Below, one piece after another: positions 1 through 7,821 of a stretch of DNA of 32,000 nucleotides (its first letter is position 1; every line of letters starts with the position of its first letter). Both the position numbers and the translations under genes were made by a program. The DNA lies in the NCBI RefSeq assembly GCF_000014265.1, contig NC_008312.1:7590001-7622000 (forward strand). The letters run 5' to 3'. This DNA is from Trichodesmium erythraeum IMS101 (lineage in GTDB: Bacteria > Cyanobacteriota > Cyanobacteriia > Cyanobacteriales > Microcoleaceae). The notes beneath the pieces were generated by a model that was not told the origin of the DNA, did not search any database, and was given only the letters and a program-made list of their open reading frames with translations.

Positions 1-924
1 AAAGGCTAATCCTACATTATTCCATTCGGAGATTCCCGTATCTCCAATTACAGACCAATCATCAGTATTGGGGTTGTAGAACATCAAATCTTTATTAGAA
101 CCCAACCCATATACTCCTTCGTTACCAAAGGCTAATCCATGTAGTGAACTGAAAGGGGAGCTTAGGTTAGAAATTGGCTCTCCTGTATTGGGGTTGATCC
201 TATAGAAATCATTACCATTTGTTCCATAGAGAATATTTTTGGAACTATCGTATGCTAGTCCGTCATAGTTAGAAGGATAGTCATCACTAATTTGATTAGC
301 AACGCTACCATCAGCATTGATTTTGGATAAGTGCCAATTACCACCATAGATGAAATTTGAAGATTCGCTGGGAGCTAAACCATCCCATTGAAAATTTGGA
401 TCAGTGGTCAAAAGACGAGTAGCATTACCTGTTTTTCTATTGAGAGTGTATAAATCTTCAGTATTGCCTGAGCTAAAGTACAATTTACCTTTAGCACCTC
501 CTATCTGACGACCAATAGTTTCAATAGTCAAGTCATATTTTCCAGGAGTTCCTGGACTACCGCTACCTTCTTGCTCAAAGTTATAATTCGTGTTACCATC
601 ACCGCTAATACCAACATAGAAAGTCCCCGCCTGGTTAGCTTGGTAAATAATATAGTTCGGGTCAACAGGATCATATAACTCCAAGAGCTTCGAGTTATCA
701 AACATTTTTAATTCTGCATCACCAATATTATTGTCGTTTTCGTCTAACAAATCAATAGTTTTTGGTAACCGGAGGCGATCGCCTACACCTAAGTCGAACT
801 TAAATAAATCAACATCTTTCTCAGGGTCAACATTAGGGTTATCTCCAATTTCACCAGAATAGGTAAAAGTACCATCATCACGAAGAGTTAGTCCAGTATG
901 AATAGCACGAATAGGAAATGTCAT
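1..924 (-). CDS. hypothetical protein, 3' end outside window; N-terminal pre-peptidase C-terminal (PPC)-like domain followed by beta-propeller-like repeats
   Basis: Minus-strand frame is open for all 308 codons from ATG (922-924) to the window edge. It is absent from the ORF track because no stop lies in the window. My translation: MTFPIRAIHTGLTLRDDGTFTYSGEIGDNPNVDPEKDVDLFKFDLGVGDRLRLPKTIDLL...AGTFYVGISGDG...GKYDLTIETIG (PPC-like pattern). Recurring propeller-like motifs follow (DLYTLNRKTGNAT, NILYGTNGNDFYRINPNTGEP, DLMFYNPNTDDW). Domain names are from memory of family patterns. Confidence 0.6.
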   Translation of the reverse strand, partial: MTFPIRAIHTGLTLRDDGTFTYSGEIGDNPNVDPEKDVDLFKFDLGVGDRLRLPKTIDLLDENDNNIGDAELKMFDNSKLLELYDPVDPNYIIYQANQAGTFYVGISGDGNTNYNFEQEGSGSPGTPGKYDLTIETIGRQIGGAKGKLYFSSGNTEDLYTLNRKTGNATRLLTTDPNFQWDGLAPSESSNFIYGGNWHLSKINADGSVANQISDDYPSNYDGLAYDSSKNILYGTNGNDFYRINPNTGEPISNLSSPFSSLHGLAFGNEGVYGLGSNKDLMFYNPNTDDWSVIGDTGISEWNNVGLAF

Positions 925-1516
925 TAGGTTCTTTTATCATTATGAATAATCCTATAAATTCTACAACTACCAATATCGGGGTTACTATCTAATTAAGCAT
1001 CGAGGCTCATCTTCAAGGTCACCAAACCCTTTGAGCAACTGATAAAAGCATGAAAATGAAAAACTTGCTGTCCTCAAATAAATACATTTTTTTACCAGTC
1101 AATATTAGTACCACTGACATCAAAAACTTTACTTTTGACTACACTGATTTTAAATATATTATATCAGACAATGTCTTGTTTTTATAACAAGTTAAATAAA
1201 ATTAAAGATTTTTGACATCCTCTCTTGAGTTTTTTTTCGATATCGATATTACACCTACCTCCTCTTGCTTCCTTCTTGCGAAAGAATAGAGTACAGTTAT
1301 ACCTCCTTCCTTGTACATTTTTTGTCTCAGAATGCCCACATAAGATTTATTAACTCTATTATATTATTATATTATAATACTATGTACTTAAAACAACAAC
1401 CCAAATTTATAAATTTATTGATCAAATGGGGAAAGTTTTGGTCCTTATGTAAAAATTATGTTGCAACTCAACAGGGTAGGGACTTGTAGACTTTTACATC
1501 ACATTACAACCACCTG

Positions 1517-1558
1517 ATCAGTTTTCAATTATCAGTTTTCAGTTACCAGTTTTTAGTT
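1517..1558. repeat. 3 x 14-bp tandem repeat (atcagttttcaatt / atcagttttcagtt / accagtttttagtt), STRR-like
   Basis: Read directly. It lies in the ~750-bp AT-rich spacer between the divergent PPC-propeller gene and the Trypco2-like gene. A related heptamer run tgataac/taataac/tgataac occurs at 12317-12337. Confidence 0.6.
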
Positions 1559-1677
1559 TTTGATAACCCATTTATTGGTGACTCAAAGTTGAAAATAATT
1601 ATTATATGTTAGTTTTTGATAATTTGATATGACATCCTAAAATAAATACCAGTTAAACTTACCAATAATAATTACAT

Positions 1678-1992
1678 ATGGCCACGAGATTAATTGAGTT
1701 AGAAGGTGGTATTTTGGTTGAGGCAGAAGTTTCCGAAAATGAAGCCCAGCCTATTTCTAGTAATGAAATTAAAGCAGTTAAATCTACTTTTGCTAGGGTT
1801 AAACCTATATTAATTAGTATTAGCCGCCCTATTGCTGAAGCTTGGCAAGAAATTAATCAAGATATGGAAGTAGAACACGCTGAAGTTGAAGTAGGTTTTA
1901 ATTTTGAGGGGGAGGGTAATGTTGATGTTGCGAAAGCCAAGACTGGTAAAAATTTAAAGGTTAAGTTAGTTCTCAAACCTAAAAAAATCTGA
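1678..1992 (+). CDS. Trypco2-like (trypsin-co-occurring domain 2 / CU044_2847-family-like) small protein
   Basis: 104-aa ORF. Its stop TGA (1990-1992) lies 2 nt before the ATG (1995) of a protease-like frame, an operon-type junction. It has an N-terminal strand LIELEGGILVEAEV, an acidic/helical middle and a C-terminal AEVEVGFNFEGEGNVDVAKAKTGKNLKVKLVLKP. This matches the family pattern as I remember it. No HMM search was run. Confidence 0.7.
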   Translation: MATRLIELEGGILVEAEVSENEAQPISSNEIKAVKSTFARVKPILISISRPIAEAWQEINQDMEVEHAEVEVGFNFEGEGNVDVAKAKTGKNLKVKLVLKPKKI

Positions 1993-1994
1993 GA

Positions 1995-2452
1995 ATGAGT
2001 AACTTAGAAGAATTTATTGTTTCAATTACTAGCGCTAGTGCCAATGCTCTCAAGGCAGGTGTTATTAGAACTGGAACTACATTTTATCGGGAGCATCATT
2101 ATGTTTATTTGCTTACCTGGGCTCATATTGTTGAGGATGTCGGTAGCAAAGAAAATGTTTGAGTCAGTAATATTGCGGTAGCAGTTTTTGCAATAGGAGA
2201 TCTTAAGATTTTTTTTACTTCCTTCCTGGGAAGGGGTGGCGGTGGGTTAGCAGTTTTGGGGTTAGAAAAGCTGAATATCAAAACTTTTCTCCCTCACAAG
2301 TTTATCGGTAGCAGTCAACCTCAAGTTTCCGACAGCAGGTTATTTTCTCTATGGTGAGGAGCAAAAAAATCTTGCTTTCAACTGTTGATGGAACTTTAGG
2401 AAAAAAGGGTTTTCTCTGTCAAAATGATCAAAGAGTGGTAGTAAAAGTCTGA
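1995..2452 (+). pseudogene. decayed tandem duplicate of the 5' ~400 nt of the downstream trypsin-like protease gene
   Basis: From ATG 1995: MSNLEEFIVSITSASANALKAGVIRTGTTFYREHHYVYLLTWAHIVEDVGSKENV, then TGA at 2160-2162. The intact gene reads MSNLEKSIVLITSASDNSRKADVIGTGFAFYRKDNYTYLLTCAHVVEDVGGKENV. DNA similarity continues (gcaataggagat, ttagcagttttgggg, cttttctccctcacaagtttatc, ttttctctatggtgaggag, ggaactttaggaaaaaag) with an insertion, frameshifts and more stops. The 22-mer tctgagaatgagtaacttagaa occurs at 1988-2009 and again at 2448-2469, a 460-bp duplication period. Confidence 0.8.
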
Positions 2453-2454
2453 GA

Positions 2455-3471
2455 ATGAGTAACTTAGAAAAATCTATTGTTTTAATTACTAGTGCTAGTG
2501 ACAACTCTCGCAAGGCAGATGTTATTGGCACAGGATTTGCTTTTTATCGAAAGGATAATTATACTTATTTGCTAACCTGCGCCCATGTTGTTGAGGATGT
2601 AGGCGGTAAAGAAAATGTTTTAGTCAATGATATTCCGACAGAGGTTTTAGCAATAGGAGATGTGAAGAATTTTGATTTAGCAGTTTTGGGGGTGAAAAAC
2701 CTGAAGGTGGAACTTTTCTCCCTCACAAGTTTATCCGCGTCAGAAAATGTCAAGTTTTGGATAGCAGGTCATTTTCTCTATGGTGAGGAGAAAAAAATCT
2801 TGCTGGAAACTGTTGAGGGAACTTTAGGAAAAAAGCGTTTTGTTCGTCAAAATAATCAAACAGTGGCAGCTTGGAAATTGTTAATTAATGAGGGCGATCG
2901 CCTTCGTAAAGGTTATAGTGGGGCACCTGTTGTGGACTTGAAAGCTGACCGTGTGTTCGGTATCACTACAGATATGGAGAAAGATGGAAGGGAGGGGTTA
3001 GCTATTTCCGTAGAAGCTATGGAAAAAATTTGGCCTCAAGTGCCTCCTGTTATTTCTGATGTTATTTATGACTATGATAAATTAAAAAAATTACTTAGTG
3101 AGGGAAAATGGCAAGAAGCAGATGAAGAAACAGCTTGTTGTATGTTGAAAGTTGCAGGGCGAGAGGAGGAAGGTTGGCTAAGAGTAGAAGATATAGAAAA
3201 GTTTCCTTGTAGTGACCTCCGCACAATTGACCAACTTTGGGTAAAATATAGCGACGGTAAGTTTGGCTTTTCTGTGCAAAAGAAAATTTACCAGAGTTTG
3301 GGTGGTACGAAAGAGTATGACGAGAAAGTATATTGTTCCTTTGGGGATAAAGTCGGATGGCGTCAAGGAAGAAAATGGTTGTCTGAATTACAATTAACTT
3401 TTAGCTTAGATACGCATTTTGTGGAGCACCTACCTCCTAAGGTGGTCGGGGTACCTAGGCTACCTGGTTAG
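2455..3471 (+). CDS. trypsin-like (S1 fold) serine protease fused to a C-terminal GUN4 domain
   Basis: 338-aa ORF. Triad motifs occur in order: LLTCAHVV (His), NFDLAVL (Asp), KGYSGAPVV (Ser). The C-terminal half reads as GUN4: LSEGKWQEADEETACCMLKVAGREEEGWLRVEDIEKFPCSDLRTIDQLWVKYSDGKFGFSVQKKIY. It ends at TAG 3469-3471, after which the same frame stays open to 3570. Confidence 0.85.
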   Translation: MSNLEKSIVLITSASDNSRKADVIGTGFAFYRKDNYTYLLTCAHVVEDVGGKENVLVNDIPTEVLAIGDVKNFDLAVLGVKNLKVELFSLTSLSASENVKFWIAGHFLYGEEKKILLETVEGTLGKKRFVRQNNQTVAAWKLLINEGDRLRKGYSGAPVVDLKADRVFGITTDMEKDGREGLAISVEAMEKIWPQVPPVISDVIYDYDKLKKLLSEGKWQEADEETACCMLKVAGREEEGWLRVEDIEKFPCSDLRTIDQLWVKYSDGKFGFSVQKKIYQSLGGTKEYDEKVYCSFGDKVGWRQGRKWLSELQLTFSLDTHFVEHLPPKVVGVPRLPG

Positions 3472-3947
3472 GGGGAACCTTACATTATTGTGCGTTCGTG
3501 GCAGTATGGCGACTGGCGTCGACTGGCGCGAGGAGGCGCGAGTTCTCTTCTCTCCCGCAGAGACTTGTAGAGCTTAACATATAAGCGTTTCAGCCGTAAA
3601 GACAAATAACTTTAGCGAACCCAATTTTAGGAGTTTCCTTGAATTCAGCATTTTGATACCTGGCACCAACAGGCAGGCATCCCCCGAATGTCAAAAGTCC
3701 ATAAAAAAATCATCAAAAAACAGCATTGCCGCCTCTGGGTCATAACATTTGGCCAGAACAAACTGCCTCGTAACCTCCATTACCTCAGACTCCACAGGTT
3801 CCCATGTAGCCCAGGGAAGCCACATTTGTCCTGGAGACTGCTTATTTTCACGTTTTTTCTGCAAGACCTTCGGTAAAAACTTACTTCCTGATCAATTACC
3901 TCTTTTTTTTGTTTATACCTATACTTATACCTTTGGTAAAGCCCCCA

Positions 3948-4133
3948 TTAATTCTTAGCACATTTATCTAAAGTATTACCAAAGTACAAAAAAGCCGGAT
4001 GCCACTTGATCAAACCATCATCAGTCAAGCGGTCATAAGTGCCATAGTTCGAGAAATTATAAAAGAAACCCTGCTGCATATTAGCCGCTTTAGGGTTAGC
4101 GTGAATATATCGCAGAGAAATTATTCGTACAGT
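3948..4133 (-). pseudogene. possible C-terminal remnant of a REP-associated tyrosine transposase (RAYT / IS200-like Y1 transposase)
   Basis: The minus-strand frame is open from 4133 to 3948 and is closed upstream by TAA (4136-4134). It translates TVRIISLRYIHANPKAANMQQGFFYNFSNYGTYDRLTDDGLIKWHPAFLYFGNTLDKCAKN. LRYIHANPKAANM...FYNFSNY resembles the catalytic-tyrosine region of RAYTs as I recall it (RYIhlNPVRAnmV...Y.WSSY). The HUH-containing N-terminal part is absent. Motif-level evidence only. Confidence 0.35.
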
Positions 4134-4184
4134 TTACCCAGAGAAATGTCGCGATCGCGCGCTGAAAATATTGAAGTCATTTTT

Positions 4185-6368
4185 GAGGAAGCATTTTTGG
4201 GAGTTATTTTTGACGAGGTTTGAATTTTTCTCCATCAACATTTGACTAGATAATTTTCGTGATGTTGGGTTTTGTGACTTTTTTTGACTATAGAGTTTTA
4301 ATGATGTTGGGTTTGGTGACTAGAGAATTTTAGTGATGTTGGGTTTGGTGACTAGAGAATTTTAGTGATGTTGGGTTTGGCTAACTCAACCCCACCTACA
4401 AAATTGCGGAAGCGTTTTTGGGAATTATTTCTGATGAGGTTTGAATATTTCTCTGTCAACATTTGACTAGATAATTTTCGTGATGTTGGGTTTGGTAAAC
4501 TAAACCCCACCTACAAAATTGCGGAAGCGTTTTTGGAAATTATTTCTGATGAGGTTTGAATATTTCTCTGTCAACATTTGACTAGATAATTTTCGTGATG
4601 TTGGGTTTGGCTAACTCAACCCCACCTACAAAATTGCGGAAGCGTTTTTGGGAATTATTTCTGATGAGGTTTGAATATTTCTCTGTCAACATTTGACTAG
4701 ATAATTTTCGTGATGTTGGGTTTGGCTAACTCAACCCCACCTACAAAATTGCGGAAGCGTTTTTGGGAATTATTTCTGATGAGGTTTGAATATTTCTCTG
4801 TCAACATTTGACTAGATAATTTTCGTGATGTTGGGTTTGGTAAACTAAACCCCACCTACAAAATTGCGGAAGCGTTTTTGGGAATTATTTCTGATGAGGT
4901 TTGAATATTTCTCTGTCAACATTTGACTAGATAATTTTCGTGATGTTGGGTTTGGTAAACTAAACCCCACCTACAAAATTGCGGAAGCGTTTTTGGGAAT
5001 TATTTCTGATGAGGTTTGAATATTTCTCTGTCAACATTTGACTAGATAATTTTCGTGATGTTGGGTTTGGTCAACTAAACCCCACCTACAAAATTGCGGA
5101 AGCGTTTTTGGGAATTATTTCTGATGAGGTTTGAATATTTCTCTGTCAACATTTGACTAGATAATTTTCGTGATGTTGGGTTTGGTAAACTAAACCCCAC
5201 CTACAAAATTGCGGAAGCGTTTTTGGGAATTATTTCTGATGAGGTTTGAATATTTCTCTGTCAACATTTGACTAGATAATTTTCGTGATGTTGGGTTTGG
5301 CTAACTCAACCCCACCTACAAAATTGCGGAAGCGTTTTTGGGAATTATTTCTGATGAGGTTTGAATATTTCTCTGTCAACATTTGACTAGATAATTTTAG
5401 TGATGTTGGGTTTGGTCAACTCAACCCCACCTACAAAATTGCGGAAGCGTTTTTAGGAATTATTTCTGATGAGGTTTGAATATTTCTCTGTCAACATTTG
5501 ACTAGATAATTTTCGTGATGTTGGGTTTGGCTAACTCAACCCCACCTACAAAATTGCGGAAGCGTTTTTAGGAATTATTTCTGATGAGGTTTGAATATTT
5601 CTCTGTCAACATTTGACTAGATAATTTTCGTGATGTTGGGTTTGGTAAACTAAACCCCACCTACAAAATTGCGGAAGCGTTTTTGGGAATTATTTCTGAT
5701 GAGGTTTGAATATTTCTCTGTCAACATTTGACTAGATAATTTTCGTGATGTTGGGTTTGGTAAACTAAACCCCACCTACAAAATTGCGGAAGCGTTTTTA
5801 GGAATTATTTCTGATGAGGTTTGAATATTTCTCTGTCAACATTTGACTAGATAATTTTCGTGATGTTGGGTTTGGCTAACTCAACCCCACCTACAAAATT
5901 GCGGAAGCGTTTTTGGGAATTATTTCTGATGAGGTTTGAATATTTCTCTGTCAACATTTGACTAGATAATTTTCGTGATGTTGGGTTTGGCTAACTCAAC
6001 CCCACCTACAAAATTGCGGAAGCGTTTTTGGGAATTATTTCTGATGAGGTTTGAATATTTCTCTGTCAACATTTGACTAGATAATTTTCGTGATGTTGGG
6101 TTTGGTCAACTAAACCCCACCTACAAAATTGCGGAAGCGTTTTTGGGAATTATTTCTGATGAGGTTTGAATATTTCTCTGTCAACATTTGACTAGATAAT
6201 TTTAGTGATGTTGGGTTTGGCTAACTCAACCCCACCTACAAAATTGCGGAAGCGTTTTTGGGAATTATTTCTGATGAGGTTTGAATATTTCTCTGTCAAC
6301 ATTTGACTAGAGAATTTTCGTGATGTTGGGTTTGGTAAACTAAACCCCACCTACAAATTTGCGGAAGT
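4185..6368. repeat. non-coding tandem array: 17 regular 115-bp units (4406-6360), a diverged seed copy (4185-4405) and a terminal 8-nt stub
   Basis: Unit starts (gcggaagcg) are at 4406, 4521, 4636, 4751 ... 6246, an exact 115-bp period. The unit is gcggaagcgtttttgggaattatttctgatgaggtttgaatatttctctgtcaacatttgactagataattttcgtgatgttgggtttggNNaactNaaccccacctacaaaatt. Every unit has stops in all six frames. The seed contains three 30-32-bp sub-repeats (tagag(a)attttaRtgatgttgggtttggtgac, 4291-4380). Each unit has the palindrome GTCAAcatTTGAC (first at 4455-4467) and the hairpin GTTGGGTT-N10-AACCCCAC (first at 4485-4510). Confidence 0.95.
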
Positions 6369-7821
6369 AAATTAAAAGACTACGCAAAGTTACAAATTTC
6401 TTCTTATGTTATCTAGGCTCCGCTGCCAAAACTCAGCCAAACTGTACTGGAAATATTTCAACTAGAAATTAATTATTATATTCCTAAAAATGATTCTTGG
6501 TTTGCCAAAATGAACTTAGAATTAACTTGATATAATGGTGTATTGAAAATATTAATAGTACTTATTTTTGTTGGTGCGATACTGATAGAAATGTCATCAA
6601 AAAAAAGAAAATAAAGAGTAATAGTAAAAATATTGAAATATCTAAAAAATACACTCAAGTTAAACAGGAGTTATTATTAGTAATTAAAATGGGATTAAAA
6701 CTAAAATTGGGATATAAATCTGTGGAAAGTTTATCAGCTATTTCAAAAATAGATAGTCTGAAATTGTTAGAGAGAATAGTATTCCAAATTCCCCAAATTT
6801 CTCAAAATATGAGTTGCAAAAACTATATAATCAATAGTTAAAAAACATTGAATATTAGCCATTTGTTTACTGATATGATGAGATAACTTAAATATCTAAT
6901 ATAGTAAAAGTGATACATTTAATCAACCTGTTTCCTGATTACTAGAAATTCTACCTGAAGACTGAAAGATCAAAGCCGCTTTAAGGCAGGAAGTAAGAGG
7001 CATTATCCTAAAGTAATATAACTTAGATGAGTTCGAGCTTTTTTTTAACAAGTCCAGTGATTTTAAATAAGATTTAAGATTGTTAAATCTAGGTTTAAGG
7101 GATTTTCACCCAAAAAAAGCAATTGCTTGAGTACTATAAACTATCAAAGGATTGAAATATAAAGCTTACAGCTTTTTTTTTGGAAAAAAGTACTAGCTTT
7201 CTAGTGGCTTAAGCTCAGAGGTTATCATATTTTATGTAAGCAAATTGCAAAACTTTGATTATAACACAAAAAATCTGGAAATTTACAATCATTAATCAGG
7301 TTGGAAATTAAGGTTTAGTCATATAAAAAATGCAAAATTAAATTTTAAACAACTGATATCACAAAATCAGATATAGTTATAGTAGAATGATATAAATTAT
7401 TTTCACTTAATATCAAAAATAGGATGATTTAGGCGGCCATTTGTCGAGACTTACAAAAACTTGAATTAAGCTATAAAAAAAACGTTGTACAGTAGCTAGG
7501 GAGCGATACCAAGAGTGCAAAAATTAAGAGGAGAATACTAGAAAAATGTGAAAGATATAAATCCAGAAAACTTAGTATTTTTTAGATTAAATAAGTGTAA
7601 TACTAGGTAAAAAAAGAACTTATGAAAATTTGGAGGGACTAGGATACATGAAATAAAGCTATTTTATCCAGGCTAAAAAAATAAACACATTAATTGGTAT
7701 TGGTACAGAAATGTTGAATGCGGTAATAAAAGTTTACATATAAGCTTAACCTAGTCTATAGGTAACATTTTCATCTTATCCAATTCAAAAATAATAACGT
7801 ATATAGAATAGAGAAATAAAA

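Noticed and set aside
1265-1489. 74-aa ORF in the spacer upstream of Trypco2
   Set aside because: The translation is AT-rich and low-complexity with no motifs. It is more likely promoter or leader DNA for the two divergent genes.
3688-3958. Track ORFs 3688-3876 and 3749-3958 (+), and a 44-codon minus-strand ORF 3691-3825 (MWLPWATWEPVESEVMEVTRQFVLAKCYDPEAAMLFFDDFFMDF)
   Set aside because: They are short, mutually overlapping and carry no motif I can place. This is likely decayed sequence between the protease gene and the RAYT-like remnant. The minus-strand one might be a gene fragment, but I cannot support it.
3999-4223. Track ORF of 74 aa (MPLDQTIISQ...AFLGVIFDEV)
   Set aside because: It has no recognisable features. 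It lies antisense to the RAYT-like remnant, and its 3' end is simply the seed unit of the tandem array. It is probably not a gene, though its last 12 codons are what the array copies.
4406-6360. Promoter inside each unit (perfect TTGACA on the minus strand; TTGACT and GATAAT on the plus strand)
   Set aside because: No acceptable -10 hexamer lies 16-18 bp downstream of the -35-like hexamers, and no -35 lies at the proper distance from GATAAT. It cannot be supported without transcript data.
4185-6368. Could the periodic array be a CRISPR array?
   Set aside because: Whole 115-bp units repeat head to tail with no unique spacers. The only variable part is a 3-position loop polymorphism with four alleles. 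No cas genes lie in the window.
4185-6368. Could the array encode a repetitive protein?
   Set aside because: The period of 115 is not divisible by 3, and I located stop codons in all three plus and all three minus frames of every unit.
6689-6841. 50-codon ORF MGLKLKLGYKSVESLSAISKIDSLKLLERIVFQIPQISQNMSCKNYIINS
   Set aside because: It lies in very AT-rich DNA where such ORFs arise by chance. The AGGAG is 18 nt upstream, which is too far, and there is no recognisable family.
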